DNA of 64,000 nt. Source: Squalus acanthias. Taxonomy: Eukaryota. The stretch covers positions 57,228,001 through 57,292,000 of the forward strand of contig CM059438.1 of assembly GCA_030390025.1 (NCBI GenBank), given 5' to 3'. The translations under genes were made by a program, and so were the position numbers. Positions 1-11,275 of this stretch are shown in pieces. The stretch's first letter is position 1; the number at the start of each line of letters is the position of its first letter. Under the pieces are notes generated by a model, which saw only the letters and a list, made by a program, of their open reading frames with translations, searched no databases and was not told the DNA's origin.

Positions 1-134
1 TGATTGAGGAATAAATATTGGCCAGGACACCGGGGAGAACTCCCCTGCTCTTCTTTGAAATAGTGCCGTGGGATCTTTTACGTCCACCTGAGAGAGCAGA
101 CGGGGCCTCGGTTTAATGTTTCATCTGAAAGGCA
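1..134 (-). mobile_element. DeuSINE (SacSINE1/AmnSINE-like) central Deu-domain fragment, cut by the window edge
   Basis: Reverse complement contains GGTGGACGTAAAAGATCCCACGGCACTATTTCAAAGAAGAGCAGGGGAGTTCTCCCCGGTGTCCTGGCCAATATTTAT; nearly identical to 430-520. Confidence 0.8.
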
Positions 135-159
135 TTAACAGTCAACTGGAGTAGTGTGT

Positions 160-815
160 AGATTGGGTTAGGGTGGCAGGTTCCTTTCTCGAGTGAGCCA
201 CTTAGGTTTTTATGACAATCCAGCAGCTTTCATGCTCATTTTCTTCCAAAAGAAAGACTTACATTGATATAGCATCTTTTACGATGTCTCAAAGCGCTTT
301 ACAGCCAATGAAGTACTTTTGAAACGTAGTCACTGTTGTAATGTAGGAAATGCCGCAGCCAATTTTTGCACATCAAGGTCCCACAAATAGCAATGAGGTA
401 ATGATCAGATAATCTGTTTCAGTGATGTTGGTTGAGGGATAAATATTGGCCAGGACACCGGGGAGAGCTCCCCTGCTCTTCTTTCAAATAGTGCCATGGG
501 ATCTTTTACATCCACCTGCGAGGCTGGCAGCTTACCCTCCTCTGAAACACGGCACTTCTGACAGTGCGGCACTCCCTCAGTCCTGCACTGGAGAGTCAGC
601 CTGGATTATGTCCTCAAGTCTTGAACCCACAACCTTCTGACTCAGGAGATGAGAGTGCGACCACTGGGCTACGGCTGACACCTGTGTGTTTCCAGTGCAA
701 ACTCATAAATTACCAGATTTATTGAATTCAGTTTCACAGTTTACCATGGTGGGCTTTGAGCTCCTGACCACTCGGGTGCTCGTCCAGTACCACAACCAAT
801 AGGCTACAGCACCCA
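160..815 (-). mobile_element. Degraded shark tRNA-derived SINE, split by the nested DeuSINE
   Basis: 160-245 (gggttagggtggcaggttcc...gtttttatgacaatcc) and 705-815 (ccagatttattgaattca...ccatggtgggctttgagctc...gtccagtaccacaacc) read as two halves of one common shark SINE. The tRNA-like head is at the right end. Confidence 0.5.
250..681 (-). mobile_element. Near full-length DeuSINE (tRNA head, Deu domain, L2-like tail)
   Basis: Minus strand starts GTGTCAGCCGTAGCCCAGTGG (A box) ... GGGTTCAAG (B box), then the Deu domain, then an L2-type tail ending ...TATATCAATGTAAGTCTTTCTT. Confidence 0.85.
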
Positions 816-1246
816 CAGTGTTGTATAATATCTACATCCTTGTTTTAGCCATCCTCTGTACACATTTAGTGGTAGCGTATGTGTGATCTCAGAAGGACCC
901 ATTATCTGAGGAATTCCTGGGTGTTTCCAATAGAGAGTGAACACAAATGGTTAACAGGAGGACTTAATGACTGAGTACCAAGCATTTGAAAAAATTACGC
1001 CACCGACTCCCTGATGTAGTGGGATAATTATCTTGTTTTTTCTTGCTGCCTGAGCAACCTTTACCGCACAGTTCTAACCTGCTTCTTTAGAAATGGCTGC
1101 AAGGAGATGTTGCTGTCTCCACAGGGAGTGGAATTCCAGGCCCCTTTGGGAAACCGCTGCTCATTTTATTTCTTTATTAAGATGCAAATAATGACTACAG
1201 CTGAGGAAATGAGCTGTCCTTTTCATTTTGTTAAGTTTTGACACAC

Positions 1247-1660
1247 GGTGATGGGTGCAATGAGCCGGGGGAACGCACACTCCTCGGGCACTAGTTGTGG
1301 CTGCGCTCGTTCCAGAATAAAGTCACTTTGCCGCATAACGCACGGTGAATCAGCTTCTCATACCCACAGTATTCCTGGTGTGTTGTGCATGATGTGCTGG
1401 GAGCACTGTGGGGCTTGGGGGCCAGAGTGTTGGAGCAGCCAGTAATGGGAAAGGCAAAATACTGCGGTTGCTGGAAATCTGAAATAAAAACAGAAAATGC
1501 TGGAAATACTCAGCAGATCAGGCAGCATCTGTGGAGAGAGAAGCAGAGTTAACATTTCAGCTCGTTGACCTTTCATCAGAACTGCCAGTAAAGGGATGCT
1601 GGCCTGTAGAATGCTGCCATTTTTTTCACAGTTCCAATTGAAAAACTGTTTGTTGAAAGC
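1247..1660 (-). pseudogene. Exon F, interrupted by a TE (3' boundary uncertain)
   Basis: Acceptor gttactttctgcAG|GC after a 106-bp GT-AG intron. Removing the 1451-1583 insert and one TSD copy gives a continuous frame, GFQQTVFQLEL*KKWQHSTGQHPFTGCSNTLAPKPHSAPSTSCTTHQEYCGY. Candidate donor CACC|GTGTGT at 1247. Confidence 0.6.
1451..1583 (-). mobile_element. Short Penelope-like element fragment with a degenerate minimal hammerhead core and a 13-bp TSD
   Basis: Flanked by gccagtaatggga (1438-1450) and gccagtaaaggga (1584-1596). Minus strand reads AGTT-CTGATGA-A-AGGTC-AAC-GAGCT-GAAATGTT-AACT. Same family as 21866-22010. Confidence 0.7.
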
Positions 1661-1766
1661 CTGCAGAAAGTAACGGTGGCTTGATATTAAAACTAGGGCC
1701 ACCCAGAAGCAAAATCCCCATCCCCCACAAGCCTCCCCTGAAGCGATCACTTCTAATGGCACTTAC

Positions 1767-1854
1767 CATCTGGATCCCAGCATGCTTCACGCTGGCTGGC
1801 CACATTGGACTGCACAGGTACATTAGATACAACGTAGGCCTCCGACCTCCTCAC
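1767..1854 (-). pseudogene. Exon E (5' boundary uncertain)
   Basis: Consensus-like donor CCAGATG|GTAAGT and candidate acceptor gtattaccAG|GTGAGG. Ends ...SQREACWDPD(G), phase 1. Confidence 0.5.
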
Positions 1855-1863
1855 CTGGTAATA

Positions 1864-1950
1864 CGGGGATCTGGCACCCGATGCACATCAGAATGGGTGC
1901 CAGATGCCCGATCCTTGGCCTCATGGTTGCCAGGTAACCCTTTGGCCAAG
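1864..1950. repeat. Two adjacent inverted repeats (hairpins)
   Basis: atctggcaccc (1869-1879) pairs with gggtgccagat (1895-1905). cttggcc (1914-1920) pairs with ggccaag (1944-1950), around an inner ggtt...aacc. Confidence 0.75.
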
Positions 1951-2025
1951 TGTTTCAGAAGAGACTGAATGTGCTGTAACTCCCAAAGCTAAATGTGGCA
2001 AAAAGGGCAATGCACCTTTACTCAC

Positions 2026-2967
2026 TTTAAACTGGGGTTGGAAGCATCAGGCAATGGTCATCATCAGATTCTTGGATTAAAGTTGTTTAAAACAAAAAAA
2101 TGTTTTCGCCACTTTGTACATGTGGTAAACTTCACCCCGTGATGTTGACAGCCAGAGCTTTCTGTTTCATTGCTGAAGGCACAAGACTATTGGCCATTGA
2201 TGTCACCCACACAGAGGGTAGCTCTCCAATCATCTTTAGCATTTCAGTCCAAAGATTGTGTACAGTAACTTTATCCACTACAATCTCTGCTTAGGTGTGC
2301 CTGTTATGTGTACCTGTTACAAGCATTCCAATTACACATGTACCTGCCAAAGGTGTACATATTACATGTTTATCTTTTATCTGTATATGTTACCTGCATT
2401 CCTGTTATCTGTGAACCTGTTACCTGTGCATCAGTTACCTGTGTACCTATTACCTGTGCATGTTACCTGTTTACCTGTTACCTGTGTACATGTGCATCTG
2501 TTACCTGTGTACCTGTTACCTATGTACCTGTGCATCTGTTACCTGTGTACCTGTGCATCTGTTACCTGTGTACCTGTTACCTGTGTACCTGTTACCTATG
2601 TACCTGTGCATCAGTTACCTGTGTACCTGTTACCTGTGTACCTGTGCATCTGTTACCTGTGTACCTGTTACCTGTGTACCTGTGCATCTGTTACCTGTTT
2701 ACCATTCACATGTGTACTTGGTACGTTACAAATTTTGGCCTTGCACTAGATATTTTCTCAGGTTCAGCGTCACTCCCATTACAAACTAGAGAGTACCTTT
2801 GCTGTCCAATATCCAGTTAAATGGTTGTGTTATCTGGTGGCCATAACAATAAGACTGCTCGTTGTGTGAAGTGGATACTGTGATTTTACATGTACTACCA
2901 TGTATGTTCCTCTATCTTTCAGAAGGCAGATTGATAAATATTCCAATGAGACAAAGCCAATTGTAAA
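2026..2967 (-). pseudogene. Exon D, Cys-rich, containing the expanded repeat
   Basis: Acceptor gtttgttAG|TTTACA (phase 0) and donor TTTAAA|GTGAGT. Reads FTIGFVSLEYLSICLLKDRGT/HGSTCKITVSTSHNEQSYCYGHQITQPFNWILDSKGTL*...KYTCEW...[repeat]...TCNMYTFGRYMCNWNACNRYT*QAHLSRDCSG*SYCTQSLD*NAKDDWRATLCVGDINGQ*SCAFSNETESSGCQHHGVKFTTCTKWRKHFFVLNNFNPRI. Confidence 0.6.
2300..2700. repeat. Minisatellite of TACCTGT(G)/GTTACCTGTGTACCT units (7, 8 and 15 bp)
   Basis: Directly visible. The edges are degenerate with 15-bp periodicity; the centre is homogenised. Confidence 0.95.
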
Positions 2968-3024
2968 CTAACAAACTAGATAATTTTTACATGAAATAAT
3001 ATGAATGAATAAAACATATATTTT

Positions 3025-3650
3025 CAACAACAGCAGCTTGTATTGATGTAGCAGCTTTAATGTAGTAAAACGTCCAAAGGCACTTCATAGAAGCGTTATC
3101 AAACAAAATTTGACACTGAACCACATAAGGAGATATTAGGGCAGAAAAGAGGTAGGTTTTAAGGAGTGTTTTAAAGGAGGAAAGCGAGGTAGAGAGGTGA
3201 AGAGGTTTATGGAGGGAATTCCAGAGCTTAGGGCCTTGGCAACTGAAGGCGCAGCTGTCAATAGTGGAGCGATTAAAATCGGGGGTGCGCAAGAGGCCAA
3301 AATTGGAGGCGCGCAGAGATCTCAGAGAGTTGTAGGTCTGGAGGAGGTTACAGAGATAGGGAGGGATTTGAAAACAAGAATGAGAATTTTGAAATCGAGG
3401 CGTTGCTTAACTGGGAGCCAATGTAAGTCAGTGAGCACAGGGGTATTGGGTGAACGGGACTTGGTGCGAGTTAGGACACGGGCAGCATATTTTTGGATAT
3501 ACGCCATACACGTTCAAGTCTGCGTCCCTTGGACTTAAGGGAGTGGAGATGAAGGCCGTACCAGGGGGAACAACCAGGGTGAGAGGGAGTTTTAATGGGG
3601 ACTAGGGCATCAAAGGTGGAGGTGAGGGTGTGGTTGAGCAGATTGGTGTG
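3025..3650 (-). mobile_element. L2 LINE 3' fragment with an internal deletion
   Basis: ORF2 C-terminal AARVLTRTKSRSPNTPVLTDLHWLPVKQRLDFKIL and RSTIDSCAFSCQGPKLWNSL, with a (GTT)n-like tail at ~3025. It is joined to an upstream ORF2 piece (TFDALVPIKT..SPWYGLHLHSLKSKGRRLERVWR) at 3500-3650. Confidence 0.85.
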
Positions 3651-3709
3651 ATTCAGTGAGATTCAATCAATTCCCTCCTGCTCCTCGCAACTTTAAAATA
3701 ATACATAAG

Positions 3710-5552
3710 TAATCCCACAGCCAACGGATCAGATCAAAGCTATGCAGTCCTGCCACATCCAGTCGTGAATGGTGGTGGACAATTAAAAAAAACGGGAGGA
3801 GGAGGCTCCATGAACATCCCCGTCCTCAATGATGGCAGAGCCCAGCACGTGAGTGCAAAAGACAAAGCTGAAGTGTTCGCAACCATCTTCAGCCAGAACT
3901 GCCGAGTGGATGATTCTTCTTGGTCTCTTCTTTAGGTCCCCACCATCACAGATGCCAGTCTTCAGCCAATTCGATTCACTCCATGTGAAATCAAGAAATG
4001 GCTGAGTGCACTGGACACAGCAAAGACTGTGGGCCCCGACAACACCCCGGCTGTTGTGCTGCAGACCTGTTCTCCCAGAACTAGCCGCACCTCTATCCAA
4101 GCTGTTCCAGTACAGCTGCAACACTGGTATTTACCCAACAATGTGGAAAATTGCTTAGGTATGTTCTGTCCACAAAAAGCAGGACAAATCCAACCCAGCC
4201 AATTACCGCTCCAGCCGACTACTCCCAATCATCAGCAAAGTGATGTAAGGAATCGTCAACAGTGCTACCAAGCAACACTTACTCACCAATAACCTGCTCA
4301 CCGATGGGTTCCACCAAGACCACTCGGCTCCAGACCTTATTACAGCCTTGATCCAAATATGGACAAAAGAGCAGAGGTGAGGTGAGAGTGATTGCCCTTG
4401 ATATCAAGGCAGCATTTGACCAAGTGTGGCACCAAGGAATCCGACTAAAACTGAAGTCAATGGGAATCAGGGGAAAAGCTTTCCAGTGGCCGGAGTCATA
4501 CCGAGCACAAAGGAAGCTGCTTGTGGTTTTCGGAGGCCAATCATTTCAGCCCCAGGACATCGAGGTAGGAGTTCCTCAGGGCAGTGTCCTAGGCCCTACT
4601 ATCATCCGCTGCTTCATCAATGAGCTTCCCTCCATCATAAGGCCAGGAGAGGGCTGTTCATGAATGATTACACAGTGTTCAGTTCCAATTGCAATTCCTC
4701 AGATAATGAAGCAGTCCGTGCCCGCATGCAGCAAGACCAGGACAACATCCAGGCTTGGGCTGATAAGTGGCAGGTAACATTCGCGCCACACAAGTACCAG
4801 GCAATAACCATCTTCAACAAGAGAGAGTCTAACCACCTCCCCTTGACATTCAATGACATTACCATTGTCAAATCCCCCACCATCAACATCCTGGGGGTCA
4901 GCAATGACCAGAAACTTAACTGGACCAGGTACATAAATGCCATGGCTACAAGAGCAGGTCAGAGGCTGGCTATTCTGCAGTGAGTATCTCACCTCCTGAC
5001 TTCCCAAAGCCTCTCGATCACCTGCAAGGCACAAGTCAGGAGTGTGATGGAATAATCTCCACTTTCCTGGATGAGTGCAGCTGCAACACTCAAGCAGTTC
5101 GACACCATCCAGGACAAAGCAGCCCACTTGATCAGAAGCCCATCCACCACCTTACACATCCACGCCCTTCACCACCGGCGCACCTTTTCTGCAGTGTGTA
5201 ATATCTACAGGATGCACTGCAGCAACTCACCAAGGCTTCTTCGACAGCACCTCCCAAACCCGCGACCTCTAGCACCTTGAAGGACAAAGGCAGCAGGCAC
5301 ATGGGAACACCATCACCTCCAATTTCCCCTCCAAGTCACACACTATCCCAACTTGGACATATATCGGTATTCCTTCATGGACTCTGGGTCAAAATCCTAG
5401 AACTCACTACCAAACATCACTTTGGGAGCACTTTCACGACATGGACTGCAGCAGTTCAAGAAGGCGGTTCACCACCACCTTCTCAAGGGCAACTAGGGAT
5501 GGGCAATAAATGCCAATCTTGCCAGTGATGTCCACATCCCGAGAATGAATTT
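3710..5552 (+). mobile_element. 5'-truncated, degraded non-LTR retrotransposon (CR1/L2/jockey group)
   Basis: Frameshifted RT pieces VIALDIKAAFDQVWH, GVPQGSVLGP, IQAWADKWQVTFAPHK and LGVSNDQKLNW. The 3' end gggatgggcaataaatgcc...cacatcccgagaatgaattttaaa recurs on the minus strand at ~17365-17430. Confidence 0.85.
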
Positions 5553-6183
5553 TAAATAACTTGCCTGTAATTACCGCTGGAGTTCTGATTGACCGCTGTA
5601 GCTTCAGCCGACGATCAGTGTAAAAGACTGTTGAATATCGGGCCACTTGCCCTACTGGCTGCGGTCCTGAGGTAAGTCCCAGGAGGGGGGAAGGTTGATA
5701 ACTCCCGCTCCTCCTGGATCCACAGGACACTTTTCAAAACATTTTAAATGACGTTTTGTTGGCGGCCGTTGCTTAGGCTGCAGCAGCTGCTGAAGAATCT
5801 TGAGCTGAGCAGACACGGCAGCTGCTTCACTCAATCCAAACCAACGCCTGGAAGAGGGCTGGAAACAGGCTTTAGGTCCCTCACTGGCATATGGAAGAAG
5901 CTCAACGCCTGTTTTAGGCGGCTGCATGGGACGCCTGCCAAACCGCTTTTACCAATACGGTGACACATTCAGGCAGAGATCAGGCGGGACGGTGCACCCT
6001 GAAATTGATCTTTTCTGCCCCCGTTTCCACCCCATATGCCTTTTTGTTTCAAACATATACTCTAAACCTTATCTGATATCATTCCATTTGCTGGTATCAC
6101 CAGCTGCCGCCTGTATCCCCAGTGTTGTTGCTTGGGCAGCCTAACCGTGCCATCGCACTGCCACAGGAACAGGCTTCTTAACT

Positions 6184-6688
6184 CAACAACAACAACAACA
6201 ACTTGCATTTATATAGCACCTTTAATGTTGTAAAATGTCCCAAGGTGCTTCGCAGGATCGTTATCAAACAAAATTTGACACTGAGCCACATTAGAAGATA
6301 TTAGGACAGGTGACCAAAAGCTTGGTCAAAGAGCTAGGTTTTAAGGAGCGTCTTAAAGGAGGAGGGGTAGGTGGAGAGGCGGAGCTAGGTTTAGGGAGGG
6401 AATTCCAGAGCTTAGGGCCCAGGCAGCTGAAGGCACGGCCGCCAATGGTGGAGCGATTAAAATCGGGGATGTGCAAGAGGCCAGAATTGGAGGAAAGCAG
6501 AGATCTCGGAGGGTTGTAGGGCTGGAGGAGATTACAGAGAAAGGGAGGGGAGAGGCCATGGAGGGATTTGAAAATAAGGATGAGAATTTTAAAATCGAGG
6601 CTTTGCCGGACCAGGAGCCAATGTAGGTCAGTGAGCACAGGGGTGATGGGTGAATGGGACTTGCGAGTTAGAATATGGACAGCAGAGA
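6184..6688 (-). mobile_element. L2 LINE 3' fragment
   Basis: SPITPVLTDLHWLLVRQSLDFKILILIFKSLHGLSPPFLCNLL...RSTIGGRAFSCLGPKLWNSLP, with a (CAA)n tail at 6184-6203 on the + strand. Confidence 0.9.
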
Positions 6689-6799
6689 TTCGGGGAGTTA
6701 AAATCAACCCCACTGAATGTGTTTTCTTTTGGTGCTCACCTAGCTTGGCCTAAATGGTTGCTCTTCCTAAGAGCTACCTGAGGCCAGAGCTGTTGTCTA

Positions 6800-7918
6800 T
6801 CTGAATGAGTGCATCTTTGGATTATGGTGGTCTTCCTCTCTGATCACCATCCTGGGAAACACCAACAGCCTGGCCTTGTCATCTCACTGCCACAGGCACA
6901 GGCAGGTGAGGGGACTGCTGGAGGGTGGTCAGGAGAGACTGTATGATCAGGTGAGCACCTTCCTGCCAGGTTACTGGAACTGGACACTGCCTCTGCAAGG
7001 CTACTGATCAGACCAAATAGAACCAATGAAAGCTGCGAAGCCCAGCGTTGTGGACCTCTCCAACCAGTTGCCAATTCTGTTCAAAGTGGAAGCGACAGCT
7101 CTCTCAAAATAGTTACCTAAGGACTCTGGGGCAACAGTGGGAGATTTCAGACAGGAAGCAGGTCCTGCTCCATGGGACCGCGTACTGGGGGCGTCCACTG
7201 CTGGCCTGTCTGGAACTGGTACACACTTCAGGGTGACCTGGAGTTCTCCCTGATAGTGATGCCCGTGCAAGTTGCAGAGTCCTCGGTTGGTCAGATGATG
7301 GGAGATTGCCTGCACATAGATGTCAGCTTTGTCAGCATCCTTCTTTTAAAAGGAGAACGCATGAGATTGGGGTCCACACGCTTTTGAAGGATGATGCCAT
7401 CTCAACCTCTGCTCACGAACATCAGGGTCTTCCTCTTTCAGCTTCCAGTCCTCCTGCCTAGTTGTGCTTGGTGATGTCCTGATGCTCACTATCCAGCGGT
7501 GGTGGTTGAAAAGGTAAATTATGAAATGGGTGGTTCATTGCTTGCTGAGCCTGAAATAGAAAGTCATAGCTGATATTCTCCAGCCTGTGTTTCATCTAGA
7601 GGAGGAGAAGAGGAAGAAAGAGGAGAACAGGTGTTGAAGGAACAGAGTTTTTAAGTCACTTTTAGATGAAGCAGTAACATGCGGCTGTTTGTAGGAAGGT
7701 TTGATTTGCTCCTTCAGCAGGAGATAGAAGAACAAGAGAATATCAGGACAAATCTACAACTGGCGCCTGACCTCCCACTTCTCTGTTTCCAACTCCTTTG
7801 ACTCCGGGTCGCCACAGGTGTAGGAGTGCTTCCTCCTCATGGGAGGGGAGATCAGAGGCTTGATGTTGGATGGGATATCCCCTGTGGCATGTCTCTCCCT
7901 TATATGGGCCATCCTCTC
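6800..7918 (-). mobile_element. Probable Harbinger Myb/SANT-gene remnant (downstream exons)
   Basis: AG/GT-bounded 7772-7918 reads ERMAHIRERHATGDIPSNIKPLISP/HEEEALLHLWRPGVKGVGNREVG, like the post-SANT exon of Harbinger Myb proteins (compare 16891-16992). A second acceptor lies at 7550. The left limit is uncertain. Confidence 0.45.
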
Positions 7919-8390
7919 CTGAAAGGTAGTGCAAACCCAGCTGTCAGTGGACGGAGCTTGTGGTGATGACAGATGCTGCTACCAAAGGTGGAATCCCAGA
8001 TGTGCTTTTCTTGGGTCAGGCTGTGTGGGTAGGTGTAGGATGGGAATGTAAAAGTGGCTGTGCACAGTGATAAAGACAAAGACCTCTGTGGAAGCCCAGA
8101 TACACAGTGCAGGTGAGCGAAGAACACATATGATATTACAATGTTTCCTCAATAGTTGTATTAATTTATTGTCAGCTTTGTGAGCTTATTAAACTTATGT
8201 TTGCATTGGACAGCTGTTTGGGTAGGGTGATGGTGACACTGCTACCTCCCTCCACTGGGCTGCAATCACGACTCTACATGGCCTCCTGCCCCGTATCCAA
8301 AACAGGGCATCATTTGTTTCCAAAATTGGAATTGATAAAGATAAATGAATGTGAGTTGGTGTTTCAAATACTCGAGAAGGGAAAATTTAC

Positions 8391-8478
8391 CTGAAGTTTA
8401 AGGGTATAATCAAATTTTCATTAAAGCAGTCTTGGTGGTTCCTTGTATTGGACAGTAAAGTTGCTCCAGGGTTTATGA
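8391..8478 (-). pseudogene. Exon C (88 bp, phase 2-0)
   Basis: Acceptor ccattttatctcAG|T and donor CTTCAG|GTAAAT. Reads HKPWSNFTVQYKEPPRLL**KFDYTLKLQ. Confidence 0.6.
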
Positions 8479-8859
8479 CTGAGATAAAATGGTAATTAAT
8501 AGGATGTGTAAAATTGAATGAGAGGAAGTGATTAAGGATGCAGGATACAGGAAAATTACACCACCAAATTAAATTTTCCTAACATTCTGGTAAAAGTCAG
8601 GAAAGTGTAGGTGAGACTTCTCCCTGCCACACAGATGAGCCCGTGACCCCACTTGATCTTTCAGCCTTGAGGTAATTTACATATTTGTTATGAGCTCCCT
8701 GGACTCGGCGAAAGAGTCTGTCAGTAATGGTGGCAGAGTTTAGTTGCTTTAGCCATTGGGTCAAAAGTTGCATGACGTATTTCCATCATTTGAATATGAT
8801 TGTCATGCCTGTCTATATATGGGGAGTGTCCTGAGCATTACCAGTGGTGAAACGAGATG

Positions 8860-11275
8860 AACATAGGATTACATAGGATATTACACAGAAACAGGCCATT
8901 TGGCCCAACCAGTCCATGCCGGCGTTTATGCTCCACACGAGCCTCCTCCCGTCTTTCCTCATCTAAATCTATCAGCATAACCCTCTATTCCCTTTTCCCT
9001 CATATGCTTGTCTAGCCTCCCTTTAAATGCATCTATACTATTCGCTTCAACCACTCCCTGTGGTAGCGAGTTCCACATTCTCACCACTCTTTGGGTAAAG
9101 AAGTTTCTTCTGAATTCCCTATTGGATTTCTTGGTGACTATCTTATATTGATGGCCTCTAGTTATGTTCTTCCCTACAAGTGGAAACATTCTCTCTGTAT
9201 CCACTCTATCAAAATTTTTCATAATTTGGTCAGTCCTCAGTCTTCTTTTTCAAGAGAAAAGAGACCCAGCCTGTTCATCCTTTCCTGATATGTATGCCAT
9301 CGCATTTCTGGTATCATTCTTGTAAATCTTCTCTGCACCCTCTCCAGTGCCTCTATATCCTTTTCATAATATAGCGACCAGAACTGCACGCAGTACTCTA
9401 AGTGTGGTCTAACCAAGGTTCGAGACAGGTTTAGCATAACTTCCCTACTTTTCAATTCTATCCCTCTAGAAATAAACCCTAGTGCTTGGTTTGCTTTTTT
9501 TATGGCCTTGCTAAGCTGCATCGCGCGGACAAAAGTGAGAAGTCGCACAACACCAGGTTATAGTCCAACAGTTTTATTTGAAATCGGCTGCTCCTTCGTC
9601 AGGTGAAGTGAAGAAATACAAATCGGCACAGCATACATAGACAGAGAACAATGCCTGTGCAGAGAACAATGTCAGACTCTTGATGTCTGTGTCGATATGT
9701 CGATATGTCGAAACCTGCATCGCAACTTTTAGTGATTTGTGTATTTGTACTCCTAGATCTCTTTGTTCCTCTACCCACCCAGACTCGCACCCTCCAAGTG
9801 GTAAGTGACCTCCCTATTCTTCCTACAAAAATGTAATACCTCACATTTATCTGTGTTGAACTTCATTTGCCAATTATATGCCCATTCTGCAAGTTTATTA
9901 ATGTCCTCCTGTAACTTGTTGCAGTCCTCCTCAGTACTGACTATCCTGCCCAATTTGGTGTCATCCGCAAATTTAGAAATTGTGTTTTTGATTCCTAAGT
10001 CGAAATCGTTAATGGAAATTGTGAACAGCAGTGGTCCCAGCACTGATCCTTGTGGAGCACCACTACCCACCTTCTGCCACTGTGAATAGCTACCTTTTAC
10101 CCCTACTCTCTGGTTTCTGTCCTGAAGCCAGCTAGCTATCCATTCTGCTACTTGTCCCCTGACTCCGCATTCTCTGACCGTGTTCATCCGTCTATTATGG
10201 GGTACCTTATCGAAGGCCTTTTGAAAATTCAGATAAATTACATCTACTGCATTACCATTGTCTACTCTCTCTATTACCTCTTCAAAAAATTCAATAAGGT
10301 TGGTCAAGCAAGACTTTCCCTTTTGAAATCCATGTTGACTATTAATTATTATATTTTTGGTTTCTAGATGTTCTTCTATTTTCTCGTTTAGTAGGGATTC
10401 CATTATTTTTCCTACCACCGATGTTAAGCTGACTGATCTATAATTCCCTGGACATGTTCTATCCCCCTTCTTAAATATCGATATTAAGTTAGCTATCTGC
10501 CAGTCCTCTGGCACTACACCCTTTTCTAACGAATTATTAAATATGCATAGTAATGTCTCTGCTATCTCTTCCCTAGATTCTTTTAAAATGCGTGGATGCA
10601 AGGGGTTTTATCCTCTTTAAGTTTGTTTAATTTATTTAATATATCTTTTTTATTTTAAATGCACTTATCTCATTATCCAATGTCATGTCTACCTGTTCTA
10701 TCTCCCTGGTAAACACTGAAGCAAAATAATTATTTAATATTTCTGCCATCTCTCTATCGTTACCTGTGGTATTATCCTGACTATCCCTGAATGGCCCTAT
10801 TCCCATCCCAATCTTCCTTTTTTTATTGATGTGCCTATAAAATATTTTACTATTTTTTTTTATGTATCTTGGGAATTTAATTTCATAGTCCCTCTTTGCC
10901 TCCCTAATTGTTTTTTTGACTTCTCTCCTAATCTTTTCGTATTCTCTCTTATCATGCACTCCCCTGCTGTCTGTGTAGTTAATGTATGCCTCTTTCCTTA
11001 CCCTCAATTGTTCCCTTATGGCTTTATTCATCCATGGAGTCTCATTATTGCTTAGTTTGTTCTTTCTTTTTAGCGGAATATATTTTTCCTGCACTGTTGA
11101 ACACCGTTTTAAATGTTTCCCATTGCTGTTCTACATCGTTGTTTGCCAATATTGTTGCCCATTTTTTTTCTCAAGTTCTATTCTTAGCCCCTCAAAATCA
11201 GCTTTCTCCAACCTATTAACCTGGTTTTCGTCATACTTATGTCCTTCTCATGAGAGTGTGGATACAGGGTGAGGC
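8860..11275 (-). mobile_element. CR1 LINE, 5'-truncated, degraded ORF2
   Basis: ORFs 10636-11094, 9771-10601 (NYRSVSLTS, QGSVLGP, FADD), 9237-9548 (LVRPHLEYCVQFWS) and 8959-9222 (FFTQRVVRMWNSLP). The 3' tail repeat is acataggatt/acataggata. Confidence 0.95.
9525..9714. mobile_element. Short Penelope-like insertion inside CR1, with a 9-bp TSD
   Basis: ctgcatcgc is duplicated at 9516-9524 and 9715-9723, and the CR1 ORF2 is interrupted exactly here. The minus strand carries a broken hammerhead-like core, CACCTGACGAAGGAGCAGC. Confidence 0.65.

Noticed and set aside
610..681. tRNA gene
   Set aside because: The A and B boxes belong to the SINE head, and there is no complete cloverleaf.
2258..2820. 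Plus-strand Cys-rich keratin-associated or metallothionein-like ORFs
   Set aside because: All three frames are open because of the simple repeat; the splice and frame evidence points to the minus strand.
5560..6030. CpG island or promoter
   Set aside because: It is short and embedded among TEs, and resembles the CpG-rich interiors of the local MITEs. I could not define TIRs, so it is left unannotated.
7117..7550. An extra exon of the Cys-rich pseudogene
   Set aside because: It is AG/GT-bounded, but exon C already joins exon D in phase. It lies beside a Harbinger Myb-like exon and is better explained as part of that remnant. Not fully excluded.
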